Shown one piece after another: positions 1 through 9,154 of a stretch of 57,982 nt of DNA (position 1 is its first letter; every line of letters starts with the position of its first letter). Below the pieces are notes generated by a model that worked only from the letters and a program-made list of their open reading frames with translations, did no database searches and was not told the origin of the DNA. Position numbers and translations under genes: made by a program. Source of the stretch: Proteobacteria bacterium UBA3588 (GTDB lineage Bacteria; Pseudomonadota; Gammaproteobacteria; Thiohalomonadales; Thiohalomonadaceae); the NCBI GenBank assembly GCA_002376325.1, contig DFMR01000139.1, positions 1-57,982 of the forward strand. Reading direction: 5' to 3'.

Positions 1-278
1 TAGTAGGAGACGAAATACTCCACCGCGTTGTGAGGGAAGAACTCCTTCATCTCGCCGTAGAGCTGGGCCGCCAGGGTCTTGTTGTGGGCCATGATCAGGG
101 TCGGCCGCTGCAGCTGCTGGATGACGTTGGCGACGGTATAGGTTTTGCCGGACCCGGTCACGCCCAGGAGCGTGAGGCCGGCCTCGCCGGCCTGCAGCCC
201 GTCGACCAGACGGCGGATCGCATCGGGCTGATCTCCGGCCGGAGCATAGGGGGCCTGTAACTGGAAATTTCGACTCAT
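1..278 (-). CDS. uvrB: Excinuclease ABC subunit B, 5' part (runs off the left edge)
   Basis: Not in the ORF track. Manual minus-strand translation from ATG at 278 gives [21 protein letters not shown]...[17 protein letters not shown]...[29 protein letters not shown], with the GDQP, Walker A and HNKTLAAQL motifs of UvrB. Confidence 0.97.
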   Translation of the reverse strand, partial: MSRNFQLQAPYAPAGDQPDAIRRLVDGLQAGEAGLTLLGVTGSGKTYTVANVIQQLQRPTLIMAHNKTLAAQLYGEMKEFFPHNAVEYFVSY

Positions 279-365
279 AATTCGACGTTTGGGGGATTTA
301 GGAACAGACGCAGTTCAAGTATATTAGAGCGGTTTTGTTTTCGACTTTTTGTATTGAGGATACCG

Positions 366-1556
366 GTGGAGATCCAACTGTCCAAGCGCGTTCAAAGCAT
401 CAAGCCTTCCCCTACTCTGGCCGTCACCGCGCACGCCCAGGAGCTAAAAGCCCAAGGTAAGGACGTTATAGGTCTCGGGGCCGGCGAGCCGGACTTCGAC
501 ACGCCCGCGCACATCAAACAGGCAGCCATCGACGCCATCAACAGCGGTTTTACCAAGTATACCGCCGTAGACGGTACACCGGGCCTGAAGAAGGCCATCA
601 TCGCCAAATTCGAGCGCGACAATGGCCTCGACTACTCGCCCAAGCAGATACTGGTCTCCTGCGGCGGTAAGCAGAGCTTTTACAACCTGGCGCAGGCGCT
701 GCTGAACGCCGGCGACGAGGTCGTTATCGCTGCGCCCTACTGGGTTTCCTACCCGGATATGGTACTGCTGGCGGAAGGCGTTCCCGTCATCATCGCAACC
801 GGCCTGGAACAGGGGTTCAAGGTCACCCCACTCCAGTTGGAGGCGGCGATTACCCCGCGCACCCGCCTGGTGGTGTTGAACAGCCCCTCCAACCCGACCG
901 GCGTCGCCTACACCAAGGCCGAGCTGGCCGCGCTCGGCGAGGTGCTGCGCCGCCACCCACAGGTGCTGATCGCCTCGGACGACATGTACGAACACATATT
1001 ATGGGCCGACGAACCGTTCGCCAACATCGTCAACGCCTGTCCCGACCTCTACCACCGTACCATCGTGCTCAACGGCGTCTCCAAGGCCTATGCCATGACC
1101 GGCTGGCGCATCGGTTACGCCGCCGGGGCTGAGCCTCTGATCGGCGCCATGAAGAACATCCAGTCGCAGAGCACCTCCAATCCCACGTCGATTTCCCAAG
1201 TTGCCGCGGAAGCGGCGCTAAACGGCGATCAGAGCTGTATCCAGACCATGCTCAAGGCCTTTAAGGAACGTCACGATTTCGTAGTGGCGGGACTCAATCA
1301 CATCCAGGGCGTGCATTGTCTGCCTTCCCAGGGGGCGTTTTACTCATTCCCGGACATGCGCGACATCATTGCCGGCCGCGACGATATGAACAGTGACATC
1401 GAACTCGCCGGATTCATCCTCGATCAGTCCGGCGTCGCCCTGGTACCGGGCTCGGCATTCGGCAATGACGGCTACATGCGTCTGTCGTTCGCCACCTCAA
1501 TGGACAATCTGCGGGACGCCTTGGAGCGCCTGTGCACGCTGTTCGGTGCAAAATAG
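366..1556 (+). CDS. aspC: PLP-dependent aminotransferase class I (aspartate aminotransferase, subgroup Ib type)
   Basis: Motifs GAGEPDFDTP, NSPSNPTG, SDDMY and SKAYAMTGWRIGY (PLP lysine). GTG at 366 chosen because GAGGA lies at 356-360. Confidence 0.9.
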   Translation: MEIQLSKRVQSIKPSPTLAVTAHAQELKAQGKDVIGLGAGEPDFDTPAHIKQAAIDAINSGFTKYTAVDGTPGLKKAIIAKFERDNGLDYSPKQILVSCGGKQSFYNLAQALLNAGDEVVIAAPYWVSYPDMVLLAEGVPVIIATGLEQGFKVTPLQLEAAITPRTRLVVLNSPSNPTGVAYTKAELAALGEVLRRHPQVLIASDDMYEHILWADEPFANIVNACPDLYHRTIVLNGVSKAYAMTGWRIGYAAGAEPLIGAMKNIQSQSTSNPTSISQVAAEAALNGDQSCIQTMLKAFKERHDFVVAGLNHIQGVHCLPSQGAFYSFPDMRDIIAGRDDMNSDIELAGFILDQSGVALVPGSAFGNDGYMRLSFATSMDNLRDALERLCTLFGAK

Positions 1557-1631
1557 GAAATATCCTACAACCAGAGACCGGAAGCACTGACAGGCTAGCC
1601 CTTCCCAGCAATCGGACGATACCCTATCGTT

Positions 1632-1665
1632 ATACCTACATGGATGTGGGTATGACATGGACGTC
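1632..1665 (+). promoter_or_regulatory. Two tandem CsrA/RsmA-type GGA hairpins at the fimT translation start
   Basis: ATACCTACA-TGGA-TGTGGGTAT (9-bp stem, one G-U pair, 1632-1653) followed by GAC-ATGGAC-GTC (1654-1665, contains the ATG). Both match the ACANGGANGU pattern. Confidence 0.6.
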
Positions 1666-2256
1666 AACTTCTACCATGCCCCCGTCGGCACACGGCTGTC
1701 GTCGGGGGCATTCCTTCAACGAGGCTTCACGCTAATCGAATCGCTGATAAGCCTTGCGGTCGTCAGCGTGTTGCTTGTCGTTGCCGTACCCTCGTTCGCC
1801 GAACTCATCGCCGATACCCGTCTGGTGGCGGCCGTCAACAACATGACCCTGACACTGCATCTGGCACGCAGCGAAGCAATCAAACGGGCAAAAGATGTCG
1901 TGATTTGCAAGGGCGATTCAACAGCGGGCTGCGACAAGGATCGGAACTGGCAGGATGGATGGATAGTATTTGTTGACGCGAATACAGATCGGCAATGGAA
2001 CTCCGCAACGGACAGGCTGGTGTGGACCCAGCAGGCGTTGCGTCGGGGCGACACCGTAACGTTGCATGCATTTCCTTCGGCTAATTACTTTACCTACCAT
2101 CCCAACGGCCTTGCCGGCAGCAACGGCACATTTATCTTTTGCGACGAGCGCGGTAGCGACGCCGCCCACGCATTGATCATCGCCAGGACCGGTCGCCCGC
2201 GCGCCGCCCGCACCGCAACCGACGGCTCGCCGTTGAATTGCCCCGCAGGTGCTTGA
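1657..2256 (+). CDS. fimT: GspH/FimT family minor pilin (orphan)
   Basis: Class III signal G|FTLIE plus hydrophobic helix, LARSEAIKR, W..GWIVFVD, NGTFIFC and C-terminal TGRPR. Confidence 0.85.
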   Translation: MDVNFYHAPVGTRLSSGAFLQRGFTLIESLISLAVVSVLLVVAVPSFAELIADTRLVAAVNNMTLTLHLARSEAIKRAKDVVICKGDSTAGCDKDRNWQDGWIVFVDANTDRQWNSATDRLVWTQQALRRGDTVTLHAFPSANYFTYHPNGLAGSNGTFIFCDERGSDAAHALIIARTGRPRAARTATDGSPLNCPAGA

Positions 2257-2297
2257 CCTCGGACGGACCGATCAGTACTATATGCGCCTCTATCGAT

Positions 2298-2373
2298 TCC
2301 CCCGTAGATCAGTCGGTAGATCAGCGGACTGTTAATCCGTGTGTCGTTGGTTCGAGTCCAACCGGGGGAGCCA
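2298..2373 (+). tRNA. tRNA-Asn (GTT)
   Basis: 76-nt cloverleaf: acceptor TCCCCCG/CGGGGGA, D-arm GATC/GATC, anticodon loop CT-GTT-AA, T-loop TTCGAGT, discriminator G, encoded CCA. Confidence 0.97.
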
Positions 2374-2423
2374 ATTTCCCCTCTCTCGCATACGACGACG
2401 CACCGACCGCGTTATCCACCTGA

Positions 2424-2449
2424 CTATACGCCAGAGCTATACGCCAGAG
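2424..2449. repeat. Perfect 13-bp tandem duplication (CTATACGCCAGAG x2)
   Basis: Read directly at 2424-2436 and 2437-2449. Confidence 0.85.
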
Positions 2450-2494
2450 GCGCTTCCTCGCAACCACGAAACCGTCGCGCGGTGCGATGGCTCC

Positions 2495-2514
2495 GTAGGA
2501 GCGGCTATGCCGCG
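2495..2514 (+). repeat. GTAG-family REP element
   Basis: GTAGGA-GCGGC-TAT-GCCGC-G, 19/20 identical to the inverted copy at 25332-25351. Confidence 0.7.
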
Positions 2515-2524
2515 TTGCATCTGC

Positions 2525-3397
2525 TTAGCAAAAATTCTCGGTCAGATACTCTCTGAAATCGGCGTTCACCTCCGGATGCTTCAGCGCATACTCCACCGTC
2601 GCTTTCAGGTAACCGAGCTTGCTGCCGCAATCGTAACGTTTCCCCGCGAAACGATAGGCCAACACCTGCTCCTGCCGCAGTAGCGCTTCAATGGCATCGG
2701 TCAGCTGTATCTCTCCGCCGGCGCCGCGTTCCGTCGATTCCAACAGGCCGAAAATACTCGGCGTAAGAATATAGCGTCCCACCACAGCCAAGGTCGAGGG
2801 AGCGACCGCAGGCTTGGGTTTCTCGACGACGCGTTCCACCTTCGACAGGCGTTCGTCCATCGCCGTCGCCTTGACGATACCGTATTTGTCGGTATCGGCG
2901 GCGGCAACATCTTCCACGCCCAGCAGGCTGCACTGATGTTGCACAAACAGTTGCGCCATTTGGCGCATGGCCCCTCGGTTCCCTCCGTCGATCAGGTCAT
3001 CCGCCAAAATCACCGCAAAGGGTTCGTTACCCACCAACGGCTTTGCGCACAACACGGCATGCCCGAGCCCCAGCGCCTCCGGCTGGCGCACATAGGCACA
3101 GGAAACGCCTGCTGGCACCACACTGCGCACCAAATCCAGCAGTTCCGACTTACCCTTTTTTTCCAGTTCGCTTTCCAGTTCATAATTTTTATCAAAATGA
3201 TCTTCAATCGCGCGTTTGGCGCTGCTGGTCACGAAAATCATTTCCTTGATGCCGGCCTCAATGGCTTCTTCCACCGCGTATTGAATCAGTGGCTTATCGA
3301 CTATCGGCAACATTTCTTTCGGATTGGCTTTGGTTACCGGCAGGAATCGAGTTCCCATACCGGCCACGGGAAACACCGCCTTGTTGATCTTCACCAT
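2525..3397 (-). CDS. galU: UTP-glucose-1-phosphate uridylyltransferase
   Basis: [54 protein letters not shown]. Start set at the ATG of MVKINKAV. Confidence 0.96.
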   Translation of the reverse strand: MVKINKAVFPVAGMGTRFLPVTKANPKEMLPIVDKPLIQYAVEEAIEAGIKEMIFVTSSAKRAIEDHFDKNYELESELEKKGKSELLDLVRSVVPAGVSCAYVRQPEALGLGHAVLCAKPLVGNEPFAVILADDLIDGGNRGAMRQMAQLFVQHQCSLLGVEDVAAADTDKYGIVKATAMDERLSKVERVVEKPKPAVAPSTLAVVGRYILTPSIFGLLESTERGAGGEIQLTDAIEALLRQEQVLAYRFAGKRYDCGSKLGYLKATVEYALKHPEVNADFREYLTENFC

Positions 3398-3471
3398 GAT
3401 TTCCTTTCGCTCGCGTAATGGAAGATTGTGCGCTGCCATTTTGAGCAATCCGGCAGAAATCCGCAAATCAC

Positions 3472-3500
3472 AAAAAAACGGCCCCGATTATGGGGCCGTT
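3472..3500 (-). terminator. Rho-independent terminator after comEA
   Basis: Minus strand AACGGCCCC-ATAATC-GGGGCCGTT running into a T7 tract. Confidence 0.85.
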
Positions 3501-3523
3501 CTTCGCCTATCCCGTTGCGGCAA

Positions 3524-3796
3524 CTATCTATTCTTGCCGACCGACAATTTTCCCCGGTTCGATTCGATCGTCTTTTTGCTGATCCCTTTGACCTTGGCAA
3601 GCTCGTCAACCGACTTGAAGGGACCGTGCTTCTTGCGATATATGACAATCGCTTCCGCCTTTTTGGTCCCTACTCCTTTCATTGCCAGCGCCAATGCCGG
3701 GGCATCCGCAGTATTGATATCGACCGGGGCTCCCACGGCAACGGCGGACAACCCAAGCAGCAACAGCGAAAAACAAGCGACTAGAAATTTTCTCAT
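3524..3796 (-). CDS. comEA: ComEA family periplasmic DNA-binding protein (signal peptide + HhH)
   Basis: MRKFLVACFSLLLLGLSAVAVG signal peptide, VDINTADA..LA..MKGVGTKKAEAIVIYRKKHGPFKSVDELAKVKGI. AAGGAG lies upstream of ATG 3796. Confidence 0.93.
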   Translation of the reverse strand: MRKFLVACFSLLLLGLSAVAVGAPVDINTADAPALALAMKGVGTKKAEAIVIYRKKHGPFKSVDELAKVKGISKKTIESNRGKLSVGKNR

Positions 3797-3933
3797 CGTA
3801 AGCACTCCTTGCTGTGAACATTTCGTCCTACGTACCGAAGTCACCCGACCCGACACGCCGATGACACAATAAAACGGGGAATAGCCATACAGCAACGCCG
3901 GACACGTAGGAATCAGCTGATAATCACGTCAGA

Positions 3934-4674
3934 TTATGCGGTAATCTCATCACCCGTGGCGGCAAGCGGCGCAATATCCGCCTCGATTAGCTGCAATGCC
4001 TCCAGCGGCTCCGCCGCCGCCGTAATCGGCCGGCCGATAACCAGATAATCCGCCCCTAGCCGTAGCGCGTCGACCGGCGTGGTAATTCGCGCCTGATCGC
4101 CCTTTGCTGCCCATGTAGGTCTGATCCCGGGTGTCACCAGATGAAATGCCTTGTCGATGGAGCCGCGCAGCATGGCGACCTCGTGCGGCGAACAAACGAC
4201 ACCGTCCATTCCCGACTGGTGCGCAAGAGCCGCCAGGCGTGACACATTCTCCGCGGGGCTTCCCGTCAGACCGATCTCCTTGAGATCCTCCTCTCCCATG
4301 CTGGTCAGGATGGTGACCGCTATCAGTAGCGGCTGATGTGCCGCTTTGGCCACCGCATTGCGGGCCGCTTCCATCATCTTTCTTCCACCGAGCGCATGCA
4401 CATTCACCATCCAAACGCCAAGATCCGCGGCAGCCGCGCATGCGCCGGCAACGGTGTTCGGTATGTCGTGAAACTTGAGATCGAGAAAGATTTCGTATCC
4501 TTTAGCACGCAGTTGCGCCAACAACTGCGGACCACCGCGCGTAAATAACTCTTTGCCGACCTTCAGACGACAGCGCTTCGGATCCAGCTGCGCCACCATC
4601 TCCAGTGCCGCCTGCGGTTCGGCATAATCGAGTGCGATAATAATGCGGGGGCCGTACCGACGGTTTTGTTCCAT
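3934..4674 (-). CDS. pyrF: Orotidine-5'-phosphate decarboxylase
   Basis: [36 protein letters not shown]. Confidence 0.97.
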   Translation of the reverse strand: MEQNRRYGPRIIIALDYAEPQAALEMVAQLDPKRCRLKVGKELFTRGGPQLLAQLRAKGYEIFLDLKFHDIPNTVAGACAAAADLGVWMVNVHALGGRKMMEAARNAVAKAAHQPLLIAVTILTSMGEEDLKEIGLTGSPAENVSRLAALAHQSGMDGVVCSPHEVAMLRGSIDKAFHLVTPGIRPTWAAKGDQARITTPVDALRLGADYLVIGRPITAAAEPLEALQLIEADIAPLAATGDEITA

Positions 4675-4701
4675 GTATCTGCTCCGGATGTATCGCGATG
4701 A

Positions 4702-5874
4702 TTATTCGCTTTCGATGTTGTGAATCGGCTTGGTGGTATTCCATTGGCGACAGCTGGGACACTGCCAGACCAAAGCTTTGCCGGTATAGCCGCAATGGCT
4801 ACAACGGTACACTGGCTTTGCCTCCAGCGATTTACCGATCAATTCGCGGAACATCTGCAGATCTTCGTGCATCGTTCCATCAGACGCTTGCAACTTCATC
4901 TCGATCAAGCGGCACATACCGCGAATCGACGGATGATCGCGCAAATGACCAGCAATGAATTCAATGGCTTTCTGATCTCCCTCTTGTTGACGAATAAGCT
5001 CCGCCAAGGTAAGCATGATCGAGGCATTGCCATGTCTTTGCAGTATTTGCTGTAGATATTCGCGTAATTCATCATCACGACCCTGCTGCGAAAATACCTC
5101 CCGCAGCGGCCCAAGAATTTCAGGCAAATAGGCGGGGTCCTGCTGTTCAACGCGCTTATACGCACGAATCGCACCTTTGAAGTCGCCGGAGGCAAGTTCG
5201 AGGTTACCTTCGATCAGCGCCGCGCGCACACAATTCCTATCCTCGACCAGTGCCCGCCTTAACATGCGCAGTGCCGTCGTCTGTTCACCGTTGTGCAATG
5301 CCTGCTCGGCGAGTTCGCAGAAGAATTGCGCGATGATCGGACTCAATGCCGCACCGCGCATTCCCTGCAAGCGCTGCCCGATGGCGATGGCCTTATGCCA
5401 GTCCCTTTCCTGCTGATAGATATCCATCAGCTGGGTCAACGCCTGTTGCTGAAAACTGCCGCCCTCGTCGACCAACTGCGCGAACAGACTCTCCGCCCGA
5501 TCCAGCAGACCGGCACGCATATAATCGATGCCCAGCTCGTACAGGGCCTGCTCGCGCCGCGGCCGGTTGAGGGTGGGACGGGCAATAAGGTTTTGATGAA
5601 TACGGATGGCCCGATCCACTTCGCCGCGGCGGCGAAACAGGTTACCCAGAGCGAAGTGGGTATCGACCGTCTCGCTGTCCACCTCCAGCATGTGGACGAA
5701 TACATCTATGGCCTTGTCCGGCTGTTCGTTGAGCAGGAAATTGAGGCCTTCGAAGTAACCGGAAGAGATTGCCGACAACTCTTTGGTCTCCGCATTGCGT
5801 GCGTCGCGCCGCCCCAATAGCCAGCCTGACAAGGCGGCCACAGGGAGCAGCAGAAACAGCAACTCTATGCCCAT
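4702..5874 (-). CDS. lapB: Lipopolysaccharide assembly protein B (TPR repeats + rubredoxin)
   Basis: N-terminal TM, GLNFLLNEQPDKAI, GEVDRAIRIHQNL, C-terminal YRCSHCG...WQCPSCRQW; lapA-lapB-pyrF synteny. Confidence 0.95.
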   Translation of the reverse strand: MGIELLFLLLPVAALSGWLLGRRDARNAETKELSAISSGYFEGLNFLLNEQPDKAIDVFVHMLEVDSETVDTHFALGNLFRRRGEVDRAIRIHQNLIARPTLNRPRREQALYELGIDYMRAGLLDRAESLFAQLVDEGGSFQQQALTQLMDIYQQERDWHKAIAIGQRLQGMRGAALSPIIAQFFCELAEQALHNGEQTTALRMLRRALVEDRNCVRAALIEGNLELASGDFKGAIRAYKRVEQQDPAYLPEILGPLREVFSQQGRDDELREYLQQILQRHGNASIMLTLAELIRQQEGDQKAIEFIAGHLRDHPSIRGMCRLIEMKLQASDGTMHEDLQMFRELIGKSLEAKPVYRCSHCGYTGKALVWQCPSCRQWNTTKPIHNIESE

Positions 5875-5876
5875 TA

Positions 5877-6170
5877 TCAATGCTTGTCGCGCACCGGAAT
5901 TTGGCGCAGATTGCGGATTTCCTGTTCACATACTTCGAGCTTGCGCCGCAACTGCGACGCCTTGCGTCGCTGCGCCAGCACGATTACCAAACTGGCGGCG
6001 ACACCGAGGACGGCGCCGACGAACAATGCGGCAACCACTATCAAGGAGATAGGCCCCGATACAGTACCGAAATAGTAGCTAAGCTGTACCGGCTCGGCGT
6101 TATGGACAGCAAAACTGACACCGATGGCCAGCAGCAGAAAAGAGATAATAAGAAGGAGCAGGCGTTTCAT
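5877..6170 (-). CDS. lapA: Lipopolysaccharide assembly protein A
   Basis: Two TM helices (FAVHNAEPVQLSYYFG between them) and a basic coiled-coil tail; lies between ihfB and lapB. Confidence 0.88.
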   Translation of the reverse strand: MKRLLLLIISFLLLAIGVSFAVHNAEPVQLSYYFGTVSGPISLIVVAALFVGAVLGVAASLVIVLAQRRKASQLRRKLEVCEQEIRNLRQIPVRDKH

Positions 6171-6349
6171 AGTATTCCCGCATTCCGGACCTGTATTTGC
6201 AATACCGCCGCGCGAGTTTGCGCCAACGGCAACCTGTGGCACAAGGATATTACTCCCTGCGGGGAAATACAAAATCGTGGTGCATCAGGGGGAAACCGCT
6301 GAAGGGACAAAATACGGGGTACGACACGACAACCGATGCCGTTCCGTTA

Positions 6350-6646
6350 CTAGCCTTCCTGCGGGGTGAGCATGTCAACGCGTTCGCGCAATTCCTTGCC
6401 CGGCTTGAAGTGAGGTACGTATTTTGCGCCCAATTGGACAGACTCACCCGTCTTGGGGTTACGCCCGATACGCGGTGGGCGATAGTGCAGGGAAAAACTA
6501 CCAAATCCGCGTATTTCAATACGCTCGCCGCCGGCCAGCACCTGAGCCATATGCTCCAGTACCGTCTTGACGGCCAACTCCACATCCTTGGAATTGAGCT
6601 GCGGCTGTTTACGCGCCAGGATCTCGATCAGTTCCGATTTGGTCAT
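6350..6646 (-). CDS. ihfB: Integration host factor beta subunit
   Basis: [51 protein letters not shown]. Confidence 0.97.
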   Translation of the reverse strand: MTKSELIEILARKQPQLNSKDVELAVKTVLEHMAQVLAGGERIEIRGFGSFSLHYRPPRIGRNPKTGESVQLGAKYVPHFKPGKELRERVDMLTPQEG

Positions 6647-6660
6647 AAGGATCCCCAAAG

Positions 6661-6689
6661 TAAGAAGAGGCCCGCCAACGGCGGGCCTC
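6661..6689 (-). terminator. GC-rich hairpin or partial terminator between rpsA and ihfB
   Basis: Perfect 10-bp stem GAGGCCCGCC/GGCGGGCCTC, followed on the minus strand by TTCTTA. Confidence 0.65.
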
Positions 6690-6699
6690 CAACACCGAC

Positions 6700-8376
6700 T
6701 TAGTCGTTCTTGTTTTCCATCTGCTCCTTCAGCAGGTCGCCGAGAGTAGGATTGGCGGCCGCCGCGGAGCGATTGTAGTCCTGCATTGCCTCTGCCTCTT
6801 CATCACTGTCCTTGGCTTTGATGGAGAGCGAGATGGTGCGGTTCTTACGATCGACGCCCATGAACTTGGCCTCTACCTCGTCTCCCACCTTGATCAGGGT
6901 GCGGGCATCTTCCACGCGGTCACGCGACAGTTCGGAGGCACGCAGGTAACCCTCGACGCTGTCTTCCAGCTCGATGATGGCGCCCTTGGCATCCACTTCC
7001 TTCACCTTGCCGATGACGATGCAGCCCTTGCGATGCTCGGCCACGTAGTTGGAGAACGGATCCTTCTCCATCTGCTTGATGCCGAGGGAAATGCGCTCAC
7101 GTTCCGGATCGATAGCCAGGATCACCGCCTCGACGTCATCGCCCTTGGCATAGTTGCGCACTGCCTCTTCGCCCGGCATATTCCAGGAGATGTCGGACAG
7201 ATGGATCAGACCGTCGATACCGCCGTCCAGGCCGATAAAGATACCGAAGTCGGTAATCGACTTGATCTTGCCGCTGACCTTGTCGTTCTTGTTGTGCCCG
7301 CTCGAGAAGGTCTCCCACGGGTTGGCCTGACACTGCTTCATGCCCAGGGAGATACGACGGCGCTCTTCGTCGATGTCGAGTACCATGACCTCGACCTCGT
7401 CGTTCATCTGCACCACCTTGGACGGATGGATGTTCTTGTTGGTCCAGTCCATCTCGGAGACGTGTACCAGACCTTCCACACCCTCTTCGATCTCAACGAA
7501 GCAACCGTAGTCGGTCAGGTTGGTCACCTTGCCGAACAGGCGGGTGCCGACCGGATAACGGCGGGTGATATCTTCCCACGGATCCTCGCCCAACTGCTTG
7601 AGGCCCAGTGAAACGCGGGTACGTTCGCGATCGAACTTGAGCACCTTGACGTCGATCTCGTCGCCGACGTTGACCACTTCGGAAGGATGCTTGACGCGCT
7701 TCCAGGCCATGTCGGTGATGTGCAGCAGGCCGTCGATGCCGCCCAGATCCACGAAGGCGCCGTAATCGGTGAGGTTTTTGACGATACCCTTGACCACCTG
7801 GCCTTCCTGCAGACCGTCGAGCAGCGCTTCGCGCTCTTCACTGCCCTCCGCTTCCACCACGGCGCGGCGGGAAACGACAACGTTGTTACGCTTGCGATCA
7901 AGCTTGATAACCTTGAATTCCAGATCCTTGCCTTCCAGGTAAGAAGGATCGCGCACCGGGCGCACATCCACCAGGGAACCGGGCAGGAAGGCACGAATGT
8001 CCTTGAGGTCGACGGTGAAACCGCCCTTGACCTTGTCGACGATGCGGCCAACCACGGTCTCGCCGGCTTCGTGCGCCTTTTCCAGACGGGTCCAAGACTC
8101 GGAGCGCTTGGCCTTTTCGCGCGACAGACGGGTGACGCCAAAACCGTCTTCGACGGCTTCCAGCGCAACGTCCACTTCGTCGCCGACCTTGACCTCGAGC
8201 TCGCCGCTCTCGCTCATGAACTGCTCGATGGGGATCACGCCTTCGGATTTAAGACCGGCGTTGACCACGACGACGTCGTTACCCACCTGGACGACGGTAC
8301 CGGTGACGATGGCGCCGGGGCGCATCTGGGTACCGATAAGGCTCTCTTCAAATAATTCTGCAAAGCTTTCGCTCAT
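6700..8376 (-). CDS. rpsA: 30S ribosomal protein S1
   Basis: [12 protein letters not shown] and repeated S1 domains ([23 protein letters not shown], etc.). Confidence 0.98.
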   Translation of the reverse strand: MSESFAELFEESLIGTQMRPGAIVTGTVVQVGNDVVVVNAGLKSEGVIPIEQFMSESGELEVKVGDEVDVALEAVEDGFGVTRLSREKAKRSESWTRLEKAHEAGETVVGRIVDKVKGGFTVDLKDIRAFLPGSLVDVRPVRDPSYLEGKDLEFKVIKLDRKRNNVVVSRRAVVEAEGSEEREALLDGLQEGQVVKGIVKNLTDYGAFVDLGGIDGLLHITDMAWKRVKHPSEVVNVGDEIDVKVLKFDRERTRVSLGLKQLGEDPWEDITRRYPVGTRLFGKVTNLTDYGCFVEIEEGVEGLVHVSEMDWTNKNIHPSKVVQMNDEVEVMVLDIDEERRRISLGMKQCQANPWETFSSGHNKNDKVSGKIKSITDFGIFIGLDGGIDGLIHLSDISWNMPGEEAVRNYAKGDDVEAVILAIDPERERISLGIKQMEKDPFSNYVAEHRKGCIVIGKVKEVDAKGAIIELEDSVEGYLRASELSRDRVEDARTLIKVGDEVEAKFMGVDRKNRTISLSIKAKDSDEEAEAMQDYNRSAAAANPTLGDLLKEQMENKND

Positions 8377-8476
8377 CACTCACATAACCCTTGTCATTCA
8401 GCGAACGACATAGCTAACCGCAATACTGCCGCGGGTCTAAGTTTATAAAACCGCCACTGCACCCGCAGTGCCGGAC

Positions 8477-9154
8477 CTACTGCAAACCCAGCCGCGTCCG
8501 GCAATGCGCCAGTACCGCGGCCAGCACCTGTTCGATACCCAGTTCGGAGGTATCGATCACCACCGCATCGTCCGCCGGCTTGAGCGGCGAGACTGCACGG
8601 TTACGATCGCGTTCATCGCGTTCCGCGATTTCGGCATAAAGACTGCGAAGATTAGCATCTAACCCCTTTTCCTTCAACTGCTTATAGCGACGCTGGGCAC
8701 GCACTTCGGCCGTCGCGGCCAGAAATATCTTAAGCGCGGCGTCGGGAAACACGGTGGTCCCCATATCGCGGCCGTCGGCGACCAGCCCCGGTGCCTGGCG
8801 AAAGGCGCGCTGGCGCGCCAGCAGCGCATCGCGTACCGCCGGCACCGCGGCCACCCGCGAAGCGTCGTTACCCGCCCGCTCGGTCCGTATATCGTCGCTA
8901 ACTTCTTGTCCTTCAAGGAAAATACCCACATCTCCCAGATCACCGGGGCGGAATTCCACCGCCAGCCCGCGGGCCACGCTCGCCACGGCGGCGGGGTCTT
9001 CGAAGGGGGTGGCGTTGCGGCGGGCCGCCAGCGCAGTCAGACGATACAAGGCGCCGCTGTCGAGAAAATGCCAACCGAAGCGGCGGGCCAGCAGCTGGCT
9101 GACGGTCCCTTTTCCGACCCCGCTGGGGCCGTCGATGGTGATCACCGGGATCAT
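8477..9154 (-). CDS. cmk: Cytidylate kinase
   Basis: [36 protein letters not shown]. Confidence 0.97.
   Translation of the reverse strand: MIPVITIDGPSGVGKGTVSQLLARRFGWHFLDSGALYRLTALAARRNATPFEDPAAVASVARGLAVEFRPGDLGDVGIFLEGQEVSDDIRTERAGNDASRVAAVPAVRDALLARQRAFRQAPGLVADGRDMGTTVFPDAALKIFLAATAEVRAQRRYKQLKEKGLDANLRSLYAEIAERDERDRNRAVSPLKPADDAVVIDTSELGIEQVLAAVLAHCRTRLGLQ

Noticed and set aside
30-260. 76-aa plus-strand ORF
   Set aside because: Antisense shadow of the uvrB 5' end, which is clearly encoded on the minus strand.
279-365. Possible LexA (SOS) box upstream of uvrB
   Set aside because: No CTGT-N8-ACAG match is visible in the intergenic region.
2412-2420. DnaA-box-like TTATCCACC
   Set aside because: Single 8/9 match with no box cluster, unwinding element or dnaA/gidA context.
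2374-2524. Genomic island at tRNA-Asn
   Set aside because: No integrase and no repeated tRNA 3' end seen; core galU follows directly.
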